The position numbers and the translations under genes were made by a program. A DNA stretch of 64,000 bases from the human T2T-CHM13v2.0 reference genome, Homo sapiens, in assembly GCF_009914755.1 (NCBI RefSeq), contig NC_060931.1. One strand, 5' to 3'. This document shows positions 16,450 through 33,266 of this stretch, piece after piece. The notes below the pieces were generated by a model. The model made no database searches, was not told the origin of the DNA, and worked only from the letters and a program-made list of their open reading frames with translations. Positions within the stretch are counted from its first letter, which is position 1, and the number at the start of each line of letters is the position of its first letter.

Positions 16450-17957
16450 ATTTATTATTCTTTATGCTTTTTTGAAAGTCTGAAATATTTCATGATAAAT
16501 TAAATATAATATACATACAATTTCATGAATTCATCTAGGCTAGGGTAGTGAAGCACAAAATAGACTTCTATATCATACATCTTGATAATGATGAACTATT
16601 TACTACAGCCATCCTTCCATGAGTTTGCTTCTCCCGTCCTCCAGTGATCAATGTTTCTTCATCACTGGCTGTCCCCCAAGCTCAGAATTCATTTTAAGAA
16701 CTAGTCATTAGACAAAGGGAAAGGCCTCTCCATACAAAGTCTGTGAAAAATGATTTCATTTTAATGTGAGGTGTGACATTTTATTCTTAGAAGGAGATTG
16801 AAAGCACTCCTGGCCTCCCCTAAGGCCCACTGTGGTGAACATTTTTGCTTTCTTGCTCAGTTCTTGCATTGTCTCCTCCTGGCCTCACCTTTGCATGAGG
16901 CAGAAGTCGGTCATGCTATGTGTATTTTTTGTTTTATGCTTCCTTTCTCATGGAAACTATTGAAAATAAGGCATCATTACTGCATGGGAGTGGCCCTTCC
17001 CAGAATTCCAGGCTCTTTTCCATAAAAATTTATTTGTGAAAAGAGCCACAGTCCACATTAGTCAGATTTACAAAATGTGGGAACCTAATACTGGGCCTAC
17101 TTGGTCTTTTCTAAGCAGAAAAATCTCCTTGAAGGCAGATATAAAGCAAACATTTTGAAAATGCTCATTTAGCACTATTTACACAAACTTTAGTAAGTTT
17201 AAGAATTTCTCATATTAAAATCATATTCTCCTTTTATGCATCATTATAGTAATTATGTAACACTCCATTATGAGTATAGTTTAGATAAGAAAGGTCTTTG
17301 ATATCATATACATATGCTACATATGTGTTATATGTAATGCCTGCAATATGATTGTTCATAGAATCTTGGAGAAGTATGTTTATTTGTCTGAAGTAAAATA
17401 CACTACATTTGAAATCCTTAAATAAACTCATGATTTTCAAAATTTGTTGCTTCATAAAAAAACACTGAAGTTTTGTTGGAGTTGTTTACCTTCTGCCTGT
17501 GGGCAAGTCTTTGTGGAATGGGCAGCTCTAAAGCCTTCTAAATCAGTAGCTGTCTTTACTATTAACTCCTTGAAACCGGTGTGGGGAGCAGAACCAAAGT
17601 CCCAGAAGTCAAGATCTGGCAAGTGTCCAGAAATGACTGATATCACATTAAACAGAGCAGGGAAGGTAAGGAGGGAGAATGAGAGGCATACGTCCTTCAA
17701 GTCCCTTTGGTTTGCTGAGTGAAGACGGGATGCTGATTTCCTTGGTTCCACGGGCAGAGGCCAGGTCAGTCTTGTGTTAATGTGCACAATGGTACAGAAA
17801 AGGATCAGTCTGCAGCTGTAAGGAGCTCAGAGTAAATTCAGTACTATTGGAAATGCAATCCAAAATTACGTTTTTCAAAGGATAGGGCAGTTATATTATG
17901 TCCAGGAAAAGGAGAAGCCTGTGTTCATTTGTGGAATAACATGATGGTCTATGTTTC

Positions 17958-18254
17958 TTTTCTTTCTTTTTTTTGAGATGGAGTCTTGCTCTGTCACCGA
18001 GGCTAGAGTGCAGTGGTACGATCTCGGCTCACTGCAACCTCTGCCTTCGGGTTCAAGCAATTCTTCTGCCTCAGCCTCTTGAGTAGCTGTGACTACAGGC
18101 GCCTGCTGCCATGCCCAGCTAATTTTTGTATTTTTGTAGAGACGGGGTTTCACCATGTTGGCCAGGCTGGTCTCGAACCCCTGACCTTAAGTGATCTGCC
18201 TTCCTCGGCCTCCCAAAGTGCTGGGATTATAGGCGTGAGCCACCGCCCCTGGCC
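17958..18254 (-). mobile_element. AluS
   Basis: Full dimer; TSD tctatgtttct. Confidence 0.92.
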
Positions 18255-18616
18255 AATGTTCTATGTTTCTAAGGGTTAAGTTAGCCACAGTACAGTTGTT
18301 TCTAGGCAGTGACCTCGAGAAGAGCCTATTCTAAAATGGAAGCTTTTCTAAGACATTACTACACTGCTGACCTCAGTGTAGTAATCTGACAATTCTTTTA
18401 GTCCCTCCAAACTGGACTGGAAATAATGAAAACTAAACTATATAGGGCCTTAGCATTTGCAAAGTGCTTTCTCCCATCCCTAAACGCATGAGTCAGACAG
18501 ACTCTGGACAGACAATCAATTGGTGGCAGATAGAGTAACTCAATATAGCAGGTTTACTGATTTGGCTTTGATGAGGACTCTGAGCTGTATAACATGTACA
18601 TTCATTCATTTAAATT

Positions 18617-18620
<4 letters not shown>

Positions 18621-18683
<63 letters not shown>

Positions 18684-18961
18684 AGATGGAATCTCACTGT
18701 CACCCAGGCAGGAGTGCAGTGGCACAATCCTGGCTCACTGCAACCTCTGCCTCCTGGGTTCGAGTGATTCTTGTACCTCAGCTGCTCAGCAGCTGGCATT
18801 ACAGGCATGCACCACCACACCCGGCTAATTTTTGTATTTTTAGTAGAGATGGGGTTTCGCCATGTTGGCCAGGCTGGTCTGGAACTCCTGGCCTCAGGTG
18901 ATCTGCCCGCCTTGGCCTCCCAAAGTGTCGGGATTACAGGCATGAGCCATTGCGCCCGGCC
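18621..18961 (-). mobile_element. AluS with (AT)n-poly(T) compound tail
   Basis: (AT)~15 then T~30 then antisense Alu. Confidence 0.92.
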
Positions 18962-18964
18962 TAT

Positions 18965-19850
18965 TTATTTAAATAACATTTTTTGAGTTTTTCTTACATG
19001 CAGCACACTGTTCAAGGCATGGAGACATTGCAGTGCAAGAAACAAATTAAGTCCCTCTCCGAATGGGGCCTATAATTTTTACGATCGCAAAGATGACAAA
19101 TATCAGTTAATGAAGAGTATTATTTAAAAAAAGCAGGATAAAGGACTAGAAAAAAGAGTAAGTAAGTAGGATAAAGGACTAGAAAAGTAAACAGGATAAG
19201 AGGGATGCTGTTTTGTGTAAGGTAGTCGGAGAAGGCCCCTCTTAAGAGGTGACATTTGAGCAGAGGCCAGAATAAATTAAGGAAGCACACTATGTGGCAA
19301 CCTGGAAGAACAATATTCCTGGCAGAGGTGACAGCATGTGCATAGGCCCTAAGGCAGAAGCATATTTGCATCATTTTTTCTTACTTTTTATTATGGAAAA
19401 ATTTAAACTATACAAAAGTAGACAGAATTGTATAAGGAACCCCATGTATCCATTCATCTGCTGCTATACTGCCAACCAATTAATCAACACCCCCACTGGA
19501 TTATTTTAAAGCAAATCAAGACATCATATAATATCATCCAAAAAAAAATTCAGTATGTATTCCTAAAGACAGGAGCACTTTCCTTTGACATGCCACATCA
19601 CTGTCACACTTCAAAAATTGTCAATAATTCCTTAATATCATTGAATATTAACTAACATTCAACTTTCCCAGATTGACTCATATATATTTTTACTAGTCGG
19701 TTTGTTAAAAATCAGTACGTAAATAAGATTATCTACAACATCTGAAAAATAGCAAGGAGGATGGTGTGGCTGGAAAGAACACAGCTTGATACCAAAGATT
19801 ACAGCTTCACAGAGAGGGAAAAAAAGCAGGATTGGAATCAAGATGTCCGT
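18965..19850. mobile_element. L2 fragments interrupted by an old L1M fragment (~19370-19740)
   Basis: L2-like ggagaaggcccctcttaagaggtgacatttgagcagagg...attcctggcagagg. Confidence 0.6.
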
Positions 19851-20574
19851 TAAAGGAAGTGGGAGAAGGTGATCAGTAGTTATGAGGATGCAATGAACAG
19901 GCTAGTGCTGGTTGGCAGAGGTGAACAGGCTTCTGTCAACATTTATGAGAAGTGTTGTCCTGTGGGTCCAGCTCCAGGAGGGGCAATCTAGAAGATGCTA
20001 TTGCCCCATCCTTGAGATCCTTGGATCCTCTTGCCCCAGACAGGAGAGAATACTAATCTTTATATACCAGCTCCTAATTCTCACAGTAGCCCTGCAAGAT
20101 GATAACTGTTGTTTATAAAAGATGAAAGAGGCTCAGAGAAGTCAAGTGTCTGGTGTGGTGTGGAGAATGAATTTGAGCACTGGCCTATCTGGCCCCAAAA
20201 CTGGCCTTCACTTTCTGATATTATATCCTAAATCTATTTCTTTATTGTCCCCTCATGAGGGCAAGGACTTGTCTGTTTCATGCACTGTGATATCCTTGGA
20301 CCTAGAAAACTAACTGGCACTTGGAAGAAACAAAAATATACATATATATTAATTTAAGGTATGAATGTACATGTTACATAACCTTGGGTCTCACTGAAAA
20401 TGCTTTTGCAGGGATCAACTCAATTTCAGATCAATTTCTGTGTCTCCATGGCTCAACATGATGCTTTCTACCTCTCTCTACTTCCTTTAATTTTTTCTAG
20501 ATCCACAGGTCTTGGATGGCTTGGAATATGGTCAGAGTTGGGAAAGATGAAAACAGCTCAGGAATGACCCCAAC

Positions 20575-21500
<926 letters not shown>

Positions 21501-22693
21501 TCCAAGCTCAGAAATTAACTATGTGACTTGTTTTGTAGGTATCAAATAAATAAATAAATAAAACAAGCCAGTCAGCAGGATGGAGCAGTGTGTGAGGGCA
21601 TCCTGTCTGCCATCCACACAGCCATCTGCTGGCTGCTGGCAGGAGTGTGCTTTTGGCATCTGGAAGCTGTTGTTTACTGTATGGTGGGTGCCAGGAGGTG
21701 TGCTGAATCCCTTAAGTGAGAAATGAAACACTTGCTCAAACTTGGAACTCCCAAGTACACATCCAGTAATTACACACCAGGGAGCAGACTTCATTCAGGG
21801 AATGCATAATTTATTTGTGCTTAGACATTCCTTTACTGTTTGACAATGTAGTGATCACACCGAGAGGTACCAAGGATTCAAATGTGTTCTTTTATAAACA
21901 TTTTTCTTCATGCCCATCATGCTGCATAAAGCTGCCAAAGATCACGCCTTAAGTTCACTGAGCTTCTTTGCCACAGACACGGAGGCACACACATTCTCAG
22001 CTACATGTGTAGAATTAATATGTCTGATCTCACTTGGTCTCATGTGAGAAAAGTCACAAATTTCATCCATCTTTCTAGTACAGTTTCAGGACTCCTGGCA
22101 GCTCTTGCAATCTATAAATGGGGTAACTTTATTAATTCTAATTAAGTGTCAGAAATGAAAATAGAAAACATACAGAAGGACTTTTTCCTTAATAAGAAAT
22201 GTTAACACCATGTGATCTCAGCTTGTGCCAAAGACAGTAGTTGTACTGGAGTCTAAGGTGTCAGACTGTTTTGAAGAGTTTTAAAAGTATTGAAAAGGAA
22301 TTTATTCATTCTTTTTAATGATAAGTTTTAGAGAATAAAAATCTATGCTTGCTCTCCCCACAATGAAAATGAAGATTTATAAATCATCCAGACAATATGA
22401 TCAATGTAAATAAACTGGTAATCTAGATACCTTTAGTTTTAGGCTTATATTGTCAACTGAATGTCTTTATCCCATGAATCAGACAATTGCTATATCTCCA
22501 TTTTACTTTCTTCAAATTAGACACAGTGTTAATAATTACTCTGGCCTACAAGATCATTTTCTTGCAAATTAAAAAAAAACTTTGAATAAACCAATTGAAG
22601 AAGCCATGTGCATATATATAATATATAAACATATATGTGTGTATAATACATACACATTATATATGTATATAGTAATAGTACACACATACTTAA

Positions 22694-23301
<608 letters not shown>

Positions 23302-23417
23302 AGGAAAAGCATTTTTAAAAAACTGCCTACTATTCTTAGACTATGTAGCAGTGGGTTTATAAAAATACTTGTATTAAAATGATATTCCATTAGATTAATT
23401 CACATGAAACTTTTTAA

Positions 23418-23726
<309 letters not shown>

Positions 23727-24073
23727 TAAAACTTACAATCATCAATAAAGAATGACACTATACACAACATGATGTACAAGTGTCCTTTCGTAGCTTAAGG
23801 GTCTGGTCACGTTGCTGGGACTATTTCTTACATAGTTATTAGTATTTTCCTTTACGAGCTTTTGGTTCTTGGGCACCATGATTATACAATATCCACTCAT
23901 TTATTCATTAATTTATTCAACAAATATTTATAAAATATTTGAAAATAATACTGTGAGATGCTACTCACTTTGGTGCTGGGGCCATAATGATGGACAAAAT
24001 CAAATATGACTCTTTACCTCACAGAATCTTCTGTCTAATGCTAAATATATTAATAAAATAATCACCAAAAAAG

Positions 24074-24384
24074 TTTTTTTTTTAATTTTTTTAAATTTTG
24101 AGATGGAGTCTTGCTCTGTTGTCCAGGCTGGAGTGCAGTGGCGTGATCTTGGCTCACTGCAACCTCTACCTCCTGGGTTCAAGCGATCGATTCTCCTGCC
24201 GTAGTCTCCCAAGTAGCTGGGAAATACAGGCGCCCACCACCATGCCTGGCTAATTTTTTTATTTTTAGTAGAGTCAGGCTTTCACCACATTGGCCAGGCT
24301 GTTCTTGAACTCCTGACCTTGTGATCCACCTGCCTCGGCCTCCCAAAGTGCTGGGATTACAGGTGTGAGCCACCGTGCCCGGCC
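24074..24384 (-). mobile_element. AluS
   Basis: Full antisense dimer. Confidence 0.9.
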
Positions 24385-25086
24385 CCAAAAAGGTATATAA
24401 TTATGAAATGTGAATAAAGAAAAGTATGTGGTGCTGAAAGATTATAATGGAAATATGCCTTAGTTTGGGAACATCTCAGAAGGCTTTCCTGAGAAAGCCA
24501 TGTTTAAGGCGAAGAGGGCCTGGTATACAGAATCAGCCATGTGAATCTCATTTTCTTTAGAATTCTTTTTAATGCCTGGTGTTTTGCCAGTTACTCTCTA
24601 ATTACTTTCAAAGTTGTATGATTAGTTATAATCAAATTCACAAAAACCGACTGAATACTTACTATGTGATGAGTAGTATAAGTACTAAAATAAAGTCCTT
24701 CCCTTCAATGAGTTACTTAGGGAAACAGCACAATGTGATAATACAAAATAAAACTTACAAGCAAAATAAGAGATATGCAAGCTAGAGCACAAAAGAAGGA
24801 AAGCTTTCTTCTAGTTAGAAGTAGATTCTAGAGCATTTTCACTAAGCTTGTGGCATATATCTTGGGCCTTGCAGTATTGATAGGAGTTTGAAGATACAGA
24901 TGGGGGAAAGTAATTCAGTACGACGTAGGGATGGGAAAACATGAAACATATTCTAGAAATTGTGGGTCTAGTTTGAGTTCTGTAACAGGAAGTGGTGAGA
25001 GTTGCGGCTGGACAGTTAGACTGGAATCAACCTGTGACAGTCCCTGATGGCCATGAGTTTGTATGGGCTTTTCAAAGTAGTAGATG

Positions 25087-25430
25087 AGCCAGCCTCAGTG
25101 ACTCACACCTGTAATCCCAGCACTTTGGGAGGCGGAGGTGGGCGAATCACTTGAGGCCAGAAGTTCCAGACCAGGCTGCTCAACATGATGGCACCCCGTC
25201 TCTACTAAAAATACAAAAATTAGCCAGGTGTGGTGGCTCACGCCTATAATCCCAGCTACTCGGAAGGCTGAGGCAGGAGAATCACTTGAACCCGGGAGGT
25301 GGAGGTTGCAGTGAGCCGAGATCGAGATCGTGCCACTGCCCTCCAGCCAAAAAAAGAGAGGGAGGCAGGGAGGGAGGAGGGAGGGGGAAGGAGGTAGAGA
25401 GAGAGAGAGAGAGAGAGAAGAAAGAAAGAG
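25087..25430 (+). mobile_element. AluS with GA-rich tail
   Basis: Alu dimer, shortened 3' end, then (GA)n/(GGGA)n. Confidence 0.88.
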
Positions 25431-25641
25431 GATAGATAACTCCTTAGATGTGTAAAGAAGTGGATGATAGATAACTCCTTAGACGTGTGCATCCAGCCCT
25501 GCTCAGCTCTCCTACTCCATACTGTGGCACTAGGTCAAGAAAATGATTAACGCTAATATCCCCGTCCGTTTCTGTTCCTTAAGCTGGGCAAAAGTGAGGC
25601 AGATAAATTGTGTGCATTTGGAGGAACACAGAGGGACTATA

Positions 25642-25741
25642 TCCTTGAGGTTAGAGACCTTGTCCTATTCATATTGATATGCCCATCGCCTCCTTGAGGT
25701 TAGGGACCTTGTCCTATTCATATTGATATGCCCATCGCCTC
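25642..25741. repeat. 49-bp tandem duplication (2 copies, 1 mismatch)
   Basis: tccttgaggttag(a/g)gaccttgtcctattcatattgatatgcccatcgcc x2. Confidence 0.95.
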
Positions 25742-26153
25742 ACATAAGCCTGGCATTTGATTAGTAATAAGTAACTGTTAGCTCCCATATTAATCTACTC
25801 AGTCACTAAGTAGAAGACAATAAAAGATCAAAACCCATATATTGCCCTTTTTTCAATTACATTTTTTATTACAAGACACTGAGCAGACATAACCAAATAC
25901 AATGTATTTTATTGGACCTTGGCTTGAAAAAAATAGATAAAAAAGGCATTCTTGGGACATTTGGTGAACTCTGAATATGGCTCATTTATAGGAAGATATT
26001 ATGAAATTATTATTCATTTTCCTAGGTGTTTGCAACTTTCTCAAATGTTCAGAAAGCACACAAACATACATATAAGGCAAATATATAAAAATATTACTAA
26101 TTGTTGAATCTGGATGGATGATATGCAGTTATTCATTTTACTACTCTTTTAAC

Positions 26154-26448
26154 TTTTTTTTTTTTTTGAGATGGAGTCATGCTCTGTTGCCCAGGCTGGA
26201 GTGCAGTGGCACTATCTCTGCTCACTGCACTCTACCTCCTGGGTTCAAGAGATTCTCCTGACTCAGCCTCCCGAGTATCTGGGACTACAGGCACATGTCG
26301 CCACGCCTGGCTAATTTTTGTATTTTTAGTAGAGACAAGGTTTCACCATGTTGGCCAGGCTGGTCTCGAACTCCTGACTTCAGGTGATACGCCTGCCTCA
26401 GCCTCCCAAAGTGCTGGGATTACAGGCGTGAGACACCGTGCCTGGCCT
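26154..26448 (-). mobile_element. AluS
   Basis: Full antisense dimer. Confidence 0.9.
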
Positions 26449-26947
26449 TAACTTTTCTATATGTTTGAAATTATTCATAATAATAAGTTAGGGAGGCTTT
26501 TCATTTCAAAAATCAGTGTTTTTAGTGTCTAGTAAAGAAACAAACTCTGGCTTATCTAGGAAAACAGTTTTTACTGAACAGGGAGTGGACAGCTCACAGA
26601 TCCTCTGGGAAGGCTTGAAAATCATAATATGAGGGACCAGTCCTTCAAAGAACTACTCACCTTTCCCCCACCGTCCACACAGCTGGTTCTGCTAACACTG
26701 ATGCTACAATTACTGTCATGTCTCCCTCTGGAGACCCCACAGTTTCCACTGAGCTGCTGCCTCTCCTGGGCCAGAATGAATTCTATATGCAGCTAACTGG
26801 TGGAGCCCAGGACCCGATAACAAGGGAGTATGAAAAAACACATTTCTTCCATTTTCAATATTTATAATGGAATACAAAATCTGCTTCATAAGGTGGGGGA
26901 TTCCCCAAAGCAAGGTGATTCAGAAGTTGATTGGTCAAGAACAATAA

Positions 26948-27278
<331 letters not shown>

Positions 27279-28497
27279 CAGAAGTATGTATTATTGAAGA
27301 TGAAAGTTATACTCCTTCTCAGAAAGATAGGAGACATATGAAAAAAGTTATACCCCTTTCCAGAAGGCATCACAATTTTATATGTATCCTTCCATATATA
27401 CAGATAGATATAAATACATATAGATATATAAGATACTGGTAAAAATATATATATTTTATATAAACAATAATAATGGTAGTAGCTAACATTTACTGAGTAA
27501 TAGCTATGTACCGGATACCATTTTGAAATATTGCTTACGTAAACTAACACATTTCTGCTGACAACAGAATCCTCTGAGATGGGTACTAACATTACTACTC
27601 TAATTTTCCTATAAGAAAACCGAAGGCTAAGTAAATATTTAAACTATCCAGGTTTCCAGAACTAGTAAGTGGTGGAGCCAGGATTATGAATTCAGATAGA
27701 GCATACACTCTTTAAACACAGCCTCTCTAATACCTATTGTTTATTATTTTCCTTATTCACTTACAATATGTGATTGTCTACTTCATTCTTTTAATGGCTA
27801 CATATTATGGGCATATCACAATTAATCTAACCATTCCCCCATTAGTCAACATTTAGTTTGTCTAATTCTTCCCTATTCAAAGTAATATGTCCTATTAAAT
27901 ATTTTTCTGCATATGTGTAAGTATTTCCAAGAGTCCTGGAAGTGCAGTTGCTGGTCAAATAGTACAAACACCTTAAATTTTATGTATATTGCTAAATTGT
28001 CCTCTAAAACATTTTGTACCAATTTACATCCCACCTCTCTGAGTATGAGGGTCTCTTTCTGTTATCAATCTCTACATTTGTATCAATTTAATGGTGAAAA
28101 GCATTTCATTGTGATTTTATGTTTCCCTGATCATTAGTGTAGCTCAGCATCTTTTCATGTGTTCATTGACTGTTCATAATTTTCCTTCTATGAATTGCTT
28201 ATTTATGTATTTTAATCCATTTTTCCATTGGTTAGTCTTTTTTTTTAATTTGAAGCTTTATTAAAAAAATCCTTTGTCATGTTACTAATGGTTAAACTTT
28301 ATCTAAACTGAGAACAAATAATTTAAAAAGCAAGAGACATGTGTGTCTGTGTATGCACTTGTGTGATTAAAAAATCAATCAGCGGTGAAATCTACACAGG
28401 GCCTGTGGTCTAGTTAACAGTATGGTACTAATGTCAATTTCCTTGCTTTGATATTGTACTATAGTTATACTAAATATTACCATTGGGGCAAGCCGAG

Positions 28498-28948
28498 TGT
28501 ATTAGTTTCCTAGGGCTGCTGTAATAAATTATCACAAACCGGATAGCTCAAAATAATAGGAATTTGTTCTCTCTTAGTTCTGCAGGCTAGAAGTCTGAAA
28601 TCAAGGTATTGGCAGATCCATGCTCTCTGAAGCATCTAGAGGAGGATCGTTTCTGGCTTCTTCCCCAGTTTCTAGTGGTTTCTATCAAATCCTTGTATGC
28701 TGGTGTTCCTGTGCTTGTACATACAGTACTTCAATGTCGGCCTCTGTTGTCACGTGGTGTTCTCTGTGTACCTATGTCCAAATATCCCTCTTCTTACAAG
28801 AACACGAGCCACTGGATTGATGCCCACCCTAATCCAGTATGACCTCATTTCAACTTGATTATATCTGAAATGATAAGGTGACATTCATAGGTTCCTGGGA
28901 TTAGGACTCGAGCATATGTTTTTGGCACACTCAATTCAACTCAGATAC
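28498..28948. mobile_element. MLT1B/C-like MaLR LTR inserted in an L1M 3' end (~28410-29045)
   Basis: tgtattagtttcctagggctgctgtaataaatt...ctagaagtctgaaatcaaggt. Confidence 0.7.
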
Positions 28949-29882
28949 TGGGTGAAGGGTACAGCGGACTCCCTTTACTTTTTTTTTTTTTTTTTTTGCC
29001 ACTACCTGTAAGCCTAATTATTTCAAAATAAAAACATTTAAAAAAAATCTATCTGGAAAAACATAACAAAATTATTAACAACGGTTACCTCTTTAGAAAA
29101 TTTTACATTTTATTTGATACACTTCAGTCCAGCTTGGCTTTCCTTGGGAGTTATGGTATATGACTTTTGTCATTTAAAAACTAAAACAAAAAAAAATAGA
29201 AATTTGGGAGAAAAGAATGGTCTTGTCATTAAAGCACTTAGATCTTAGCCTTTTGGAAAGAAAACTTTAGTAGCAGTGTGAAGGGATGGTAAAGGGATGG
29301 TTTGATGCTAGAAGCTGAGAGACTAGATAAGAAATGTGTGCACTTATCAAGGTGAAAAGAGATAAGGACCTGAGCTGGGAGCACTGGTAGGGAACGGCAA
29401 GGAGGAGGTAAATGTGAGAAACATTCAGAATGCAACATAGACAGGATTTGGTGACTGATTGCATATAATGGAGTAAGTAAGAGCGAGGAGTTGAGACAAA
29501 TTCCCAGGTTCCTGGCAAGCAAGACTGGGTCCTTGGTGTTGCCATTCATTGAGATAGGCTGGTTTTTGTCCATTTGCCCCAATAGAACTATTCTCCACCC
29601 TTTACCTCACTACTTTCTGCCCAAGAAGCTGACCTCAAGAGACCGAATCCCTGGGCTCCTTTTATCCCTGGTTTCAGGTTGGGTTTGGCCAATGAGTGGT
29701 ATTAGCAAGAGATCAGAGAGAGGCCACACCTTCTGACAGAGAGCCCTTCCTCCACATCCAGGTCTCAAATGCTTCCCTGACCCAGTTGGGGGATAACAGC
29801 TTCCTCTCTGTTTCTGCTCCTTCTGCTGCTAGAGAGAAACTTTACTGGATTCTTAAAGGGTCCTATCATTAAACTCTCATCA

Positions 29883-30613
<731 letters not shown>

Positions 30614-31096
30614 AAACCTGGGTTTAGGATGTTTGTGTGACATGTAAGTGGATATCTATTATACATAGGGTTGATGTCAGGAGGAAAGCCTGGGCTGGAG
30701 ATATAGATCTGGTAGATCTGGTAGTTATTAATAAATGTATTAGTATATTTGGCAATTGAAAATATGCAATCATAATCAGAAATAATTTAAACCTGAAGGG
30801 ACTGATGGCTGGACTCTGAGGAAGATTAGTACTTATGGGAGCAACTGCAAAATGAGAAGCCCACAAATGAAATTGAGAAGGCATATTCAGAGAAATAAAA
30901 GGAAGACTAGGATGCAATTGTATCCCAAAGGGGATAAGGAAAAAGTTTTAAGCAGGAAGGAGTGAACAATTCTATCATTAGAACTTCTTGGTTGAAAAGT
31001 TTGTGGAATAAGGTCTGAGAACTGAAAAGTAGGTTGGGAAATGAGGGTCATTGATGACCTTACCATGGTAACTTTCAGTGGACTGGTGGGGGTTGA

Positions 31097-31398
<302 letters not shown>

Positions 31399-33125
31399 TG
31401 AGCACATTTTATGGGGTGAGGAATGCAAGATTAATGAACATGTAGCAGTATGAATTTTAGCCCACAACTCAAGCTTGTAAAGAAATATGTTTTAATATAT
31501 TCCACCAATTCAATTTCTGTTTTGAGTCTCCATTCTGGTTTTGTCAGGATTTTGAAATATTGCTCTGTACTAAGATAGGGTACGGGATATTTTGGAGACC
31601 CAGGAAGGTTAAACGGGCTGTGTGGTTTTGTCCACCTAGAAGCACCCTCCCACCCTCTCAGACCCAGAGAAATCTGTTTCTAGAGTTGAGGGGGAGGAAG
31701 ATGCTGCCTGTTCTCCCTCCACCTATATACCCCTGCCCTTGGCTTCTCCTGAAGCCATTTCTCTGTGGCCTGAATCCTCTCCCCATTTGTGGGGTTTGAG
31801 AGTCTAGAAACAAAAGCCAGAAAGATTTTCCTTCTACATCCTTTCTTCAATGCAACAAACCTATGGGTGAGGGTTGGGAAAGTGGCAAGCTATACAAGGA
31901 ATACCAAGAAAAATAGGTTAATATCTAAAATATCACATCATATAGGTTGGTCCTTAAGAAGTTCAGCTGGGAAGGAAAGAAAAAAAATAGGATGCTAGTT
32001 GGAAGAAGATATGGGTTAAAAGGAGCTTCTCCCGGAATGATAGCAACTGTGCTTAAAGAAGCACAAGGAAGTTTCCTTACTTAAAGAGATCCTCCCCCAT
32101 GCATGGAAATCCAGCTTGACAGACTCATTACTTTATGCTCGTAGGTCTTATTTTGAGATCCTGAGACTTGCATTAAGTTCCTCACAGGCACAGAGATTAC
32201 TACTGAGAATCAGTCTCTTTTTTTTTTTTTTTCCTGGATAACACTGCTTGGTGCCCGAGGGGTGGAGGCTGTTAAACCTGTGAAGGGTACCTGAAAAAGA
32301 GGAAAAAGTGTAGAAAAGGAAAGATTCAGGAAGGGGAATTTTGTCTACTCACAGCTTGTCTTAGAACTTGCTATATCGCACTATGTAACGTCAGAAGTCA
32401 ATTTTCACAATTAACTAATAAAATGTATTACAAATTACTTTCTAAAGATGCTCAGCATAAGTACTTGGTAATAATTTCATTTTTCCTTTTGTCTTCATGG
32501 CAGGATCAGCCTAGCCACGGTCTCTTGTGAGAATAAAGGCATTTCTTTCATCTATTAAACCCAATGCTAAATGGCAATAAATCATCATTCATTGAATTCT
32601 GCAACCTAAACTATACCTTACTGAAGAAATTCTAGCCCCTATGCATCATAATTAACATCAAGTAGCAGTAGAAAATTACAGTACAACAAAGACCTACATT
32701 TTGGCAGCAACCCTACTTGGTCGGAACGGAATGAACTCTGAGCAATTACTTCAGGGGAAGAAAGAAAAATAAGACAGGCTTTACCTATGAAGCTAAACAA
32801 AGCAGTAGAATGGTTGTGTCAGTCTGGGTCCAATTAGTAGAGAAAAACCATATAGGTAATACGAACAAGGAAAGTTTAATATAAAGAATTATAAACTATA
32901 ACAGGAGATTGAAGTAACAAGGCTAACAGGAGTAAAAGGAACTCTAAAAAATATAAGAATGGCTGATATAAGGAGAGGCACCACCCCTAGATCTGAGATA
33001 GAGTGTCCAAGCAAGATCACCTCTCAGGGCTGACATCTAGGCCCTGGAAAGGGCACGTCTGTGGGTCCCTGAATAAAGTCGCACAGAGAAGTCTCACAGA
33101 GAAGTCCTTGTGTTGCTGAGCTGGT

Positions 33126-33266
33126 GAAACTTGCTGGAAATTCACCTTCTGGAACTTGCCAGAAATCTACCATCTGGAACTTGCTAGACATCCACTATCT
33201 GGAACTTGCTAGAAATCTGCCCTCTGCATCTTGCTAGAAATATGCCTTCTGGAACTTCCTGGAAAT
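33126..33266. repeat. Degenerate 25-bp tandem array, ~5.6 copies
   Basis: Unit ggaacttgctagaaatc(t/c)(a/g)cc(a/t/c)tct in exact 25-bp phase (33126, 33151, 33176, 33201, 33226, 33251); probably lies in an ancient LTR starting ~32815. Confidence 0.9.

Noticed and set aside
33126-33266. CRISPR-like periodic repeat
   Set aside because: Degenerate head-to-tail 25-mers with no unique spacers, in primate DNA with no cas genes.
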